DNA from: Rhina ancylostomus
Lineage: Eukaryota
Direction: 5' to 3'
Length of the DNA: 64,000 nucleotides
NCBI GenBank assembly: GCA_030265395.1
Contig: JARFYF010000119.1
Location: forward strand, 21,437,325 to 21,501,324
The position numbers were made by a program, and so were the translations under genes. Every line of letters begins with the position of its first letter. The first letter of the stretch is position 1. Below, one piece after another: positions 1 to 11,022 of this stretch. The notes under the pieces were generated by a model, which did not search any database, was not told where the DNA came from, and was given only the letters and a program-made list of their open reading frames with translations.

Positions 1-202
1 CCTTCAGTCCTGTATTCACCACCCCTCTTCTCAAATTTGTCTCCACGTTGCCTGAAGTTAAATTCTTATCCCTTTCTAAAATTTCTGTTCTTTTTATTCT
101 AGAGACTTCAGTAACCTCTCCTGCGCTCTCCTTCCATTTGACTTTATCCATACTTTTCCAATTTGTTGAACCGACCCCCTACTGTTCAATGAGGTTTTTT
201 AA

Positions 203-425
203 AATTTTATTTACAGCATTTATTTACAGGCCCTTCTGGCCATTTATAAACCCATATTAACCTACCCGTAAGTCTTTGGAATGTGGGAGGAAACCGGAGG
301 ACCCGGAGGAAACCCACACAGACACAGGAGAACGCACAAACTCCTTACAGACAGCTGCGGGAATCGAACCCAGGTTGCTGGCGCTGTAATAGCATCATGC
401 TAACCATTACGCTACCGTGCCGCCC
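203..425 (-). mobile_element. tRNA-derived V-domain SINE (HE1-like) with CR1-type tail
   Basis: Reverse complement starts GGGCGGCACGGTAGCGTAATGG (A box) and has GGTTCGATTCC (B box), followed by the V-domain core GGTTTCCTCCCACATTCCAAAGAC and an A/T-rich tail. Near-identical in layout to the copy at 48195-48442. Confidence 0.9.
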
Positions 426-1204
426 GAGTTGTTATCCACACAGGTCGTGATGTTTTAATGGAGCACTCAGATTGCTGGACACTAACCAGTTTCAAAACTA
501 CTTGCTCTTTAAAGCCAATGGGAATAGTGGTGTGGCAGTGGAGGTGTGGGAGATGAGAGTGAGATCTCCATTTATACAACTTCCATGTGGTACTGAAATT
601 CTCTACAATAATGGTGCAAGACTGGGAGAACCCAAGTCCAGTAGGAAGAGTTCACTGAAACAAAATCATGAAATACTTGTGTGTTTCATGTTGTGATTAA
701 TATGAGAAATTTTGCTGCATCTATAAAAGTCACACACAGTACGAAAAATAAAATTAACATTCTGTGCATTCTTCACAATTTCATAGAACTGCACACTGCA
801 GGATATTGTCATGCATGGTTGTTTAAATGAGGAGAGGGTGATCTCATGTATTTGTTTGGATTTACTTTTCAGGAACATTAAAAATTCTGAGTAAACAGTC
901 AATTACTGTCTTTTACTGTGGAATCAGTATATGCATATACCATTCATTCCACAAGTGGATTATGGAAGTTTTTGTCAATTATTCTGTTGGTTTAATGATG
1001 AACAAAGCAGTATTACAGGAGTGTTCATGATCTTCTCTTCCTTTGGTTCTTCCACCTTGCTTCCTTTAACAACCTAGGATGCATCTCATCCACAATGGTT
1101 AGTTTTACCTCTGAGTACCACTCACTTTTTAACCACCTCCTGTTTATCAACTTAACCTATTCAATGTCTCCACTATCTCATTTTCTATCATGAAGTATTT
1201 ATTC

Positions 1205-1435
1205 ATACTTGCCCTGAGGGCATTATGGAAAAACTATGAGAACGGAATCATGCTGAGGCTGGACCACGCAGTGAGTGTGTTGGTGTCTCAGTTGAATTTT
1301 TATGACAATCTGGTGGTTTTCATTCTCATTTTATCTGGTACAACCCACTATTTCTTTCCAAATTTAATGTCAACATGTTCCCTGGTGGCATTTAAATTCA
1401 TGGAGCTGAATTTTAACTTCTGGATATACTTGGAA
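1205..1435 (-). mobile_element. Old, degraded SINE fragment (family with L2-type tail)
   Basis: Loose similarity to the degraded SINEs at 53690-53970 and 57715-58040. Recognised by eye only. Confidence 0.35.
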
Positions 1436-2374
1436 CAAAGGAAGGAATGAGAAATCACAAAGCCACAGACCCAACATTTTCTGCTGAGTACTTGAGTCAT
1501 TTTAATGCAGGCTCAACATTTCTACTTTATTTCTAGGTTTCTGAACCAATTAAGCTGAGTGGGGGCAGGATGACATCCATGACTCAATTCCAACTCCCTT
1601 ACCCAAGGGCATATTGCAAGCATGACACTTGGAAGAATCCTGTAGTTGAACACAGAATTGAACCAAATGATAAAACAGACTGCAGACTTGCAAAGGCTGC
1701 CTCAAGATAGCTGGCTCATTGCTAGGGCTCATGTTGAAAACTGGAGAGAAAACAGATTCCTTGCTGATGGCAGAAGGGAGCCAGCAATCAATGTTGAAAA
1801 GGTTGCAGAAGATAGCAGTAGCAGAGTGGATTACCTCTTTTTGATTCAGTTCCTCAAGAGGTTTTACATCCTCTTTAGACGAGAAAAGATCTGCACTGTG
1901 ACACATCCATCAAATCCTGAAATGCTTATGAATGGAAGCGACTTAGTCCATTTCTAGTCCACTCCTGCAGATCACCAAATCAGTTTGCAAGAACACCTGT
2001 CCCTCTCTATCTCTGCACTTCCTCGTATCCCTATCTGTTCGGCCACCACTGATATCAGTCTTGGCTTTACATAATGGTATGACACTGTGTCATGGCCACC
2101 TTTAACAAATCCTCTTCCAATTATGCAACACAGACCAATACACTCTGTCTGATGAATGGTCAACCTTAAGATCCACTCACATCTCCTTCAGAGGCCAAGG
2201 AGGATGGCAAGGTGCAGAACATCAGAGCAGTGATCATTTTCAGAGTCATTAGTGGAGTTTAATCCCAGAGTAGGTTTGTATCCTAGAGGCTGAGGAGATT
2301 TTCCATCACCTGCTATAATAAATAGCCTGATCAGATATATCCAGAAACTGATTCCCCCTCTGTAGACCATGGAA

Positions 2375-2645
2375 CGACCATCAAGCTCCCATTTACACTA
2401 ATGCTACATTAATCCCATTTTATTCCCCCCATATTCCCATCTGTTTGCCCCAGGTTCTATCACTCACCCACACACTAGGGGCAATTTACAACAATCAATA
2501 AACTTATCAACCTGCATAGCTTTGGGATGTGGGAGGAAACCAGAGCACCCATAAGGTCACAGGGAGAATGTGCAAACTCCACATAGACATCACTGGAGGT
2601 CAGGATTAAACCAGAGTCACTTGAGTTGTGAGACAGCAGCAGATA
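2375..2645 (-). mobile_element. V-domain SINE
   Basis: Contains tttgggatgtgggaggaaaccagagcaccc...cagggagaatgtgcaaactccaca, the reverse complement of the V-domain, next to a degenerate B box. Confidence 0.85.
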
Positions 2646-3274
2646 GTTGATGAGCAGCCTTCTGCTATTGGGAGACTGTTGTGTTTGTCCATCCTGCTCC
2701 ACCCGTGTTCCACAATACGAGCAGCAACTGGAGTAACACGCCAGACAATACTGCAAAGTATCCTAAACATCATGATAGGCCCAGAGCGATGAAAATGAGC
2801 ATTGTCTGACAAATCCAAATACACAGGAATTTAATCATAGTAATCAGAGGTATTGCAATTCAAGGCACTGCTGCAGATGCTCCATTAGGGAAGTGTTCCG
2901 TTGCCTAAATGTCAATTGTTACTTTAACAATCTTCTCACCAGAAGAAAGTTGAGAGTAAGCTTGATTACAGTTGAGAACCTCCAGCTCCAATTATAACGT
3001 TCCTGATGATAGAGTAATCTTGTAACAGGAGTTGGATAACATCTCAAGCTTTGATTTGTAACCAGCAGATTGGAATTTATGCAGAATAAGGGCATTGTAA
3101 AGAGTACCATTAACACAAAGCATGATTGCCAATGCTATGACCTTTTAGTTCATCCACCAGCACGCTGGAGATCATGATTAACAGAAACTTCACTAAACAA
3201 ACCATATCAATGCAACTGCCCACAAATGAGTTGAACTCAGTTAGGTGTGATAATTCTTTGTAAAGTAAGCTTAC

Positions 3275-3615
3275 GTTGCTACCTCACAGCTCCAGGACCC
3301 AGGTTTAATCCTGACCTGGGGTATGGTCTCAGCAGAGTTTGCAATGATCACCCTGTGACTGCCTGGGTTTCTGCTGGGATCCTCTGATTTCCTCCAACAT
3401 CCCAAAGATGCACTGGTTGGTTAACTAGATACTGAATATTACCTTTTACTGTAGATAAGTGGCCAGCAAATCAAAGGTGAGCTGATGGGCACATGAAAAA
3501 AAAACTTTCAGGGCTACTGGGAAAATAAGGAGGGGGAACGAGACAAATGGGATTTCCCTGCTGGGAGCCAACATGAATGCAATGGGCTAAATGGTTACTT
3601 CCTTTCATGTTCTAA
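3275..3615 (+). mobile_element. V-domain SINE, 5'-eroded
   Basis: cctcacagctccaggacccaggtttaatcc (B box region), then ccctgtgactgcctgggtttc...ttcctccaacatcccaaagatg and a CR1-like tail (atgggctaaatgg). Confidence 0.8.
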
Positions 3616-3799
3616 CAATTGAAATGGACAAGCATTCCTTTGAAAGTGCACTATCCTCATCCCTACTTCGAAAAGTCTTGAGCTTCAGATTTCCCCAATG
3701 GGAGCTGCATTGAAAGTTTGCAATTGCTGTGTTGTTACCACACTGGTCACAGGAAAGTCATCAAATTTTATATGACCTCTTCCCATGGCAGCCACAGAG

Positions 3800-4012
3800 C
3801 AGCAATATAGATCTACCTCTCACTTGCTAGGTCTTGCCCCACCCCTTCCCTCACCTCTTTATACTGGCTATTTCCCCTCTACTCTTTCAGTTCAGGTGTA
3901 GGGTCTTGACCTGAAACATTGACTGTCCATTTCCCTCTATAGATGCTGCCTGATCTGCTGAGTTCCTCCAGCAATTTGTTTTTTTGCTCCAGATCTGCAG
4001 TCTCTTGTGTCT
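3800..4012 (+). mobile_element. Penelope-like element terminal (pLTR) fragment with decayed hammerhead motif
   Basis: gggtcttgacctgaaacattgactg...agatgctgcctgatctgctgagttcctccagca; the same motif recurs about nine times in the window. Confidence 0.75.
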
Positions 4013-4479
4013 CCACGCTGGTGCCTGACTTGGAGTTGATAGAAAATGCAGCAGGGGGGACATGGCGATTTTCTACTGGGTGTGGGCATGTGACTGTTTG
4101 TCCTGATATTGTCATATGCCATGTGTGGTCTCATGCTACTGGGAGGTATGAGGTGCTCTCAATGAGGAAATCACAAGATGATGTAATAAAGTGCATAAAA
4201 TTAAAAAGGCTGCAATTAATGATGAACCAACCAATGGTAAGTTTGCAAAAATCCTAAACATTGCAAGGTGAGTCTTCCAGGTAAAACTTGCAGTGTATGA
4301 ATTTCAGAATGAAGACCCTTTAACTTCCATCTCCTTGGTGTTCTTAGCAGGTTGTATCCCTTACTTTTAAACACAGTCAAACAACAGTTGTCCTTTGGAT
4401 CTGAGAGGTCCACTCTTGTTCCACAGGGGGGTGAAACATGTAGTGCCAAACCTGTTACTTAACTGCATACGCATTTGAA

Positions 4480-6035
4480 GCTGCATTAAGGTCAGACTGG
4501 CTTGTGTGGATCCCAAACAAAAGTGCCAGGTCCAATTTTGTAAAGGTTACATTTTCACCCAGACATAAGTCAATAATTACTCTATCCAGGTAAAATCAAA
4601 TTTGCATCACACAGTGTTGAAAAAAAAGACGTGTTGTCCAATCCAACTTTCAGATATATGGTTGTAATATCAAGTCAGAAGCTGGTGTCTCTGTGGCCAC
4701 AATCAGTAAGGATAGGCAGCAACACCTCTGCCACGATTATTCTCAACAGTGGCACTCCATAAGGCTGCATCTTCAGACCCCTACTCTACTCCCTATACAC
4801 TCACGATAGTATGGCCTGATTCTGCTCTAACTCCATCTACAAGTTTGTTGATGATACCACTGTAGTGTGCCGTATCTCAAATAATGATGACTTGGAGTAC
4901 AAGAAGGAGATAGAGAGCTTAGTGGCATGGTGTCATAACAACAACCTTTCCCTCAATGTCAGCAAAATGAAAGAGCTGGTCATTGACTTCAGGAAGGGGG
5001 TCAGTACACACACTCCTGTTTACATCAACGGTGATGAGGTCGAGAAGGTTGAGAGTTTCAAGTTCCTATGAGTGAACATCAGCAATAGCTTGAACTGCTC
5101 CAACCACGTAGATGCCGCGGCCAAGAAAGCTCTTTAGCGCCTCTACTTCCTCAGGAGGCTAAAGAAATTTGGCTCATCCCCTTTGACCCTCACCAATTTT
5201 TAATTGATGCACCATAGAAAGCATCCTATCCGGATGCATCACAGCTTAGTGTGTGCTGCTAACTGTTCTGCCTGTGACTGCAAGAAACTGCAGAGAGTTG
5301 TGTACATGGCTCAGCACATCACAGAAACCAGCCTCCCCTCCATGGACTCTGTCTATACTTCTCTCTGCCTTGGTAAAGCAGCCAGCATAATCAAAGATCC
5401 CACCTACCCCAGACATTCTCTCTTCTCCCCTCTCCCATCAGGCAGAAGATAACAGAAGTCTAAAAGCACGTACCACCAGGGCAAGGACAGCTTCTATCCT
5501 GCTGTTATAATACTATTGANNNNNNNNNNNNNNNNNNNNNNNNNNNNNNNNNNNNNNNCCTCGTTATGACCTTGCCCCTTATTGTCCTCCTGCACTGTTA
5601 CACTTTACTTTGCATTCTGTTTTGCTTTACCTTGTACTACCTCAATGCACTATTGCAATGAATTGATCTGTATGAACAGTATGCAAGACAAATTTTTCAC
5701 TGTACCTCAGTACATGTGACAATAATAAACCAATTTACCAAGTGCTGTGCCTCCTAACCGATAAAAAACTTCTTTATCTTGTCACAAAATTGATGGAATA
5801 CTTGCCACATTGTGGCAGTATCACCAAGCAATTCAACATTGTCTAGGATAGAGCAGCTTTAGTCATATCTTTCAATTTTCACACCTGGCAAATTGTGGCT
5901 GTACTAAATATGATATACGGGCTGCACGAGAATAGCTCATTAAGATCGTTTTAGAAATGCCTCCCAGCTCTAAGACCTCTGCCATCAAATATGATGAAAG
6001 CATCAAGAAAATGGAAGCAATCACTTCCAACAAAG
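4480..6035 (+). mobile_element. Degraded L2/Crack-group LINE ORF2 3' part, interrupted by Rex1
   Basis: Flanks of the Rex1 join as S-Q-K-L-V-S-L-W / Q-V-L-C-L-L-T, matching the AGQRLGIL.RV.HLLT region seen in the copies at 58800-59100 and 62630-63900. MEY and QDRA-like remnants follow downstream. Confidence 0.55.
4697..5741 (+). mobile_element. 5'-truncated Rex1/Babar non-LTR retrotransposon (RT C-terminal half and 3' UTR), pseudogenised
   Basis: Translates to QSVRIGSNTSATIILNSGTP*GCIFRPLLYSLYTHD...SIYKFVDDTTVV and ISNNDDLEYKKEIESLVAWCHNNNLSLNVSKMKELVIDFRK, then CKKLQRVV...HSLFSPLPSGRR. The 3' end is gtacatgtgacaataataaacc. Stops and frameshifts are present. Confidence 0.93.
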
Positions 6036-7392
6036 TAACGAAGGCCTGGGGTACGAAAGTCTGTCATTGGGAAATTTTCCCATTGGGAGAGTAGGTTAAA
6101 TTATCCCTAACTAGAACCTCATAATTTAGAACCTTAGAAAGTAAACAGTAAAACCAACATTGTTTCTGGTGTAAGAGCAATTGAAATAATTGAGATGACC
6201 TTGTAANNNNNNNNNNNNNNNNNNNNNNNNNNNNNNNNNNNNNNNNNNNNNNNNNNNNNNNNNAATACAATCTGAACATTTATAGTGATATTACATTTCA
6301 CATACAGCATGCAAAACAGCTCCAAAATAATGTATTTTTTCTGTATGCAAGGTGAAACAATTTCAAACTTTGACTAAGCTGCATCTTTGTTGTTTAGTCA
6401 GATACATATTTGCAATATGGTGGGGGGGGGGGGTGGGGAGAATGATTGCTGTGCATTGATTCACTTCCAGCCCTGAAGCAGATTACATTACAAAGAATAT
6501 AGTGGAACAATGAATGTAATTTGAGACTCTGCACACATCATGCCAATAATGGTATACACTCAATACTTTAATCTTTTGCATTTACAGCCTCCATTTCAGG
6601 CTGCTTATTTTAGTTTCCTCAGTCTAATAGTGGAAGGCATTTACCTGAGAACTACAAAGATAATGCTTCATCTCCATCAATGCAAGATGTTTAAACAGAC
6701 ATGAATAATCTGATAATTTGACATCTAATTTGCTGGAATGATGGGACCTCAAGAATCACGTTCACCCTGCTAGATTTGTCGACCTGGAAATCTTCCATTT
6801 TAATTACCTTTGTGAACAGGATGATGAGTAATGAGGCATTTACTAGTGGATTCTGGTTTCTTTTGTAAAAGTCATTATGTCTTTTTGCTGACATGTTAAG
6901 CTGTTTAAATGAACCTTTCCTCAATTATTGCTGTTCACAGATTTGACGAGTTTTCAGCTAAATCTGTATCATCACTGGTTATCTCACAAACCTCTCAATT
7001 TACTTATTCTGACAATTATTCTGCATCGAATGTGGTTGTCATTGACAATAATGATGACAAAACGATCTGAAAGCTTTATGACATTTTGTGAATGGCAAAT
7101 TTTTGGATTAAAATTGCAGTCACACATTTTGATTTGATAGGAGTTATACACTGCAGAACTTGCTGGAATACTGTCATGAGAATTATTTGATTGAGTTCCA
7201 TGAAAAGTCTCCAAACAATTGAATGTAGATAACTGGTATTATTTGCTTTGGGTTGTCAATTTAGTTGCATAATTTAATATAACTTTTCTTTAAGTGTAGT
7301 TAGTTGGTTAATAATGAATGAGAAGGTGCTTATGTTTTGAGACTTTTACCGAAACACTTTATTTAGAGAGTCCCAAATGAATAGTACCAGTT

Positions 7393-7713
7393 TTAAAATT
7401 CTCAACTCTACTTTCAAATCACTCCATGGTCTCACCCCTCCCTTACTCTGTCAATTCTACAATTCCCCAAGATTTCTGTGCTCTTTCAATTCTTGAAAAT
7501 GGAACGTGTGGTTGTAATTGCTCCACTGACAGTGGCTGTGCCTGCAGCTGATGAGACTCCAAACACTGGAATTCTCCCAGACTCTCTCTCCTCTTTTATA
7601 TAACATAATGAAACCTACCGTTTGGAGCTCTAATATCTCCTTACGTGGCATGGTGTGAACTGTTATTTGATGATCGTTGTGTAAATTGCTTTGGTTAATT
7701 TTACTACAAAAAG
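7393..7713 (+). mobile_element. L2 LINE 3' end
   Basis: Encodes a FKILNSTFKSLHGLTPP-like L2 C-terminus and a WN-like motif (ctggaattct), followed by a degraded L2-type tail. Confidence 0.6.
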
Positions 7714-8004
7714 ATATCTTCATTGGTCACATGTACATTGAAACACACATTGAAATGCATCTTTTGCGAAGTGTGCTCTGGAGGCAGCCCACAAGCGTCA
7801 CCACGCTTCCGGCGCCAACATAGCATGTCCACAACTTCCTAACCCGCACATCTTTGGAATGTGGGAGGAAAGTGGAGCACCTGGAGGAAACCCATGCAGA
7901 CACAGGGAGAATGTATGAACTCCTTACAGACAGCGGCTGGAATTGAACCTGGGTCGCTGGCGCTGTAATAGCATTACACTAATTGCTACACCACCGTGCC
8001 TGCC
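7714..8004 (-). mobile_element. V-domain SINE with a Rex1-like 3' tail
   Basis: Same tRNA head and V-domain as 203-425, but the tail ends ...tttcaatgtgtgtttcaatgtacatgtgaccaatgaa, which resembles the Rex1 terminus at 5695-5730. Confidence 0.88.
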
Positions 8005-8433
8005 TGTGCCACAGTACCTAACTACAAGTTATAATGGTTGTTTTGAAACAACATGATGATGGCAGCTACAACAATTTGCATTTCCTCAAGTTCATTATTG
8101 TCACTTAATGGAACTTTTAAACTGCATTTAGCTAAGGTACACATAATTCAAATATAAAATACAATTAAAAAACAAAAGAAGCTGGTTATTTTAGTGCTTA
8201 CAGTGATTGGCCTCTTGGACAGCAATCACATTTCTGACTGAATAGCAGTACCTAACATGGAACATTAAGAAATATGTTAGAGATTGATTTTGTCATGGTC
8301 ACAACAATCCATCAATGGCTGGGCAGCTAATCAACAAGACTTTGCTGTTAATTTTTAGCCAAAACTCTATGCTGAACAACGTGTGCATCCTCTTCAGAAT
8401 GAATGGCTCATTTCCAGAACTAAAACGATAGGT

Positions 8434-8686
8434 TGTAGGGAAATACTGTTCACGAACCGGCTCCCACGATCGCGAGTGTTGTCGGAGGCCCCAATACAAG
8501 ATGGCGCAAGGCACTCCTCCTTCATTGGGCTGGGGGAGCCCGTGCGCGGGAACGTCACTTGACCCGCGCATGACGTCAGTGCAGGGACTGTGTTTATTAA
8601 AGGGGCAGCACACCCTGGTCGTTGATTCGACTCTTTGACTTCAAACAAGTGTCTTGTGTCTTTATTCAGCGTAGCAAGCCGCTACA
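8434..8686. mobile_element. Solo LTR, 253 bp, with 4-bp TSD
   Basis: Termini TGTAG...CTACA form an inverted repeat, flanked by AGGT at 8430-8433 and 8687-8690. CpG-rich. An inverted second copy lies at 16274-16505. Confidence 0.88.
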
Positions 8687-9834
8687 AGGTCAGTATTTAT
8701 ACATTGTAAAATTAAAAGGGAAATTATGTTGGAATGCATAATCCAGTATAATAAGGAAATGCTAATTTAACATTAAGTAACAGTTAATTGAAGCTAATGA
8801 TGAAGAGGCAAAATAACAATGGGTTAGTATTGATTCTTTTGACACACAATAGACAATTAAGTAGGTTGTTTTTCAATGTCACCTTGAAGGTTTAAAAGAT
8901 ATTGGAGCAAAGTTACAAAAAATTCCTGCCACTGCTCAGCAAAGAGTTAAGCATATGTAGTTGCAAAGTTTTAAATTATGTTGCTATGAGGTTCAACAGC
9001 AACAGAATATATCCTTAAAGTGGGCAAAGTGTGGAAGATTGAACTGTTTTGATGGCTGAGAAATTAAATTGCATGTCACAAGTTTTGTTATGCACTTAAT
9101 GACTGAATCGAGGTGTTAAATTGATTGCAAAATATGATCCACACTTCCTAGGCCATATAATGTGACTGAATCACAGGTTTCCATGCGCATGAAGGACCAG
9201 GGCATGCAGCAATGACATCAGTCAGCCTACTTTGCCCATTATAACAAATTGTAACTACAGCAACACTGGAAACAGTAAACACAACTAGGAAATAGCATGG
9301 GCCTCGATCCGGAAAGCAGACTCTAACAGAGATGCAAAACCAATCGTGTTGAAGGGATAGACTTTACCTGCACTCTAGCTAGGAGCCCACACAGTTGGCA
9401 ATGATGGATTCAGCTGCAATGCAAGGATGCACCAGATTTTTACATCATTTTACAATTGAGGCACTCCTCTTATTTTCTAGGAGGAGGGCCAACCTCTCCC
9501 CAGGTATCTGCCTCTACTACCAAACATCAAATCCAGCACCAGATAAGTGGGATGCTGGGTGCTATCTTCAAAGTAAGTCATACAAGGCCTCCCCACCCCC
9601 CAACTATTTCCAGCAGCTGTTCCCATTAAGGAGTACTGATTTTAGGGTTCTTGACATTGAGAGATCCCCAAAATGGCCAATGTCCTAAACAGTGTTTCAT
9701 GATCCAAATGGTAGTTTGTATGAAATCCACTCTTCTTCACTCCTGATTAAACTGATATGGGCTCAAAATGCAGCACATTTTAGAACATTTTTTTCATATG
9801 CAATTTTTAAGTCAATATACAGAAGTTTCATCAT

Positions 9835-10055
9835 AGAAGTTCGTGGAAAAGTCATCAACTTGAAGTGTTAACTTGTTTTTTTTTTCTCCACACTTGGTGT
9901 TGGACCTGCTGAGTATTTCTTGCATTTTCTNNNNNNNNNNNNNNNNNNNNNNNNNNNNNNNNNNNNNNNNNNNNNNNNNNNNNNNNNNNNNNNNNNNNNN
10001 NNNNNNNNNNNNNNNNNNNNNNNNNNNNNNTATCTTTATTTCAGAGTTCCAGCCT
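9835..10055 (+). mobile_element. Penelope-like terminal repeat fragment spanning an N gap
   Basis: ggacctgctgagtatttcttgcattttct before the gap and tttatttcagagttccagc after it, preceded by a degenerate hammerhead-like segment. Confidence 0.6.
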
Positions 10056-10189
10056 TTGTTGATTTTGATTACTGTCTTTGTAGAAAGATGGGATAATGGC
10101 AAAACCAGCATCAGCATGTCACAGACATGCTTAATTAATCTATGATTCACTAATGATTGCTCAGTGCAACTGCTCAGAAATAGTTTTTC

Positions 10190-10290
10190 CTTTTGTATTA
10201 CCTTGATGTACTTATGTATGGAATGATTTGTTTGGGTGGCATGCAAATAAAGCTTTTCACTGTATCTCGGTACATGTGACTATAATAAAA
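10190..10290 (+). mobile_element. Rex1/Babar 3' UTR fragment
   Basis: gcttttcactgtatctcggtacatgtgactataataaa matches 5695-5730. Confidence 0.8.
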
Positions 10291-10324
10291 CTGTGGGACT
10301 ACCTTCACTAGTTTAAGAACGTGG

Positions 10325-10418
10325 CTTGGCACCACTTCTCAAGGTTAATTAGGGATGGGCATTAAATGCTGGCCTTGCCAAGGATAGTCACATTCCAAAA
10401 CAGAATAAATAAAAAATA
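10325..10418 (+). mobile_element. L2-group LINE or SINE 3' tail
   Basis: accacttctcaaggttaattagggatgggcattaaatgctggccttgcca...aataaataaaaaa; related to the tails at ~53910-53970 and, reversed, ~57720. Confidence 0.7.
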
Positions 10419-10919
10419 AGCAATATTACTTCAATGGTAGCTTGGCCATGGCACCACAGTGTTGCCTGCAAATGGCTGCTACTATCTGATACCAGATGCC
10501 ACCTTGTACTGTAAAGCAAGAGGGAAGTGTATTGATCAATATCAAGTAACCTGTTGAGTGTCACACCTGTAATGGTGAATTACTAGCAATGTATCGAAGT
10601 GGTGAAATATGGGTGTGGGGCATACATGCGTTGTACATGTGGGAGGCTGTCTGAAGGATATGAAAGGCACAAATTCCAATTAATAGACTTTGCTCCTCCT
10701 TTGTGCCTCCTCCACTGAGGCCTTCAGGGCTACAACCAAATAACGTGGAGTCTACTCGTTCCAAGTTGTGGCATTCTCCAATGTCTCTGAGATTTAAATG
10801 AATACCAGAAAGTTTGCCAGTGTCTGCTGCAGGCAAGTTCATTCCCCATTTAAAATTACAGGCTGAATTTAAGTAGTGAAGGTTAACTTTAAGCCTTATG
10901 AACCACGTACAAAACTGGG

Positions 10920-11022
10920 GCAACACACAAAAATTGCTGGAGAAACTCAGCAGGTCAAGCAGCATCTATGGAGGGAAATGAACAGTCGATAATTTGGGCT
11001 GAAACCTTTCATCAGGACTTCC
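10920..11022 (-). mobile_element. Penelope-like terminal repeat with hammerhead core (CTGATGA intact)
   Basis: Reverse complement reads AGTC CTGATGA AAGGTTTCAGCCC AAATTATC GACT...AGATGCTGCTTGACCTGCTGAGTTTCTCCAGCA. Confidence 0.8.

Noticed and set aside
345-425. tRNA-like sequence with A and B boxes
   Set aside because: It is a SINE head running directly into the V-domain, not a tRNA gene. The same applies at ~7930-8004 and ~48370-48442.
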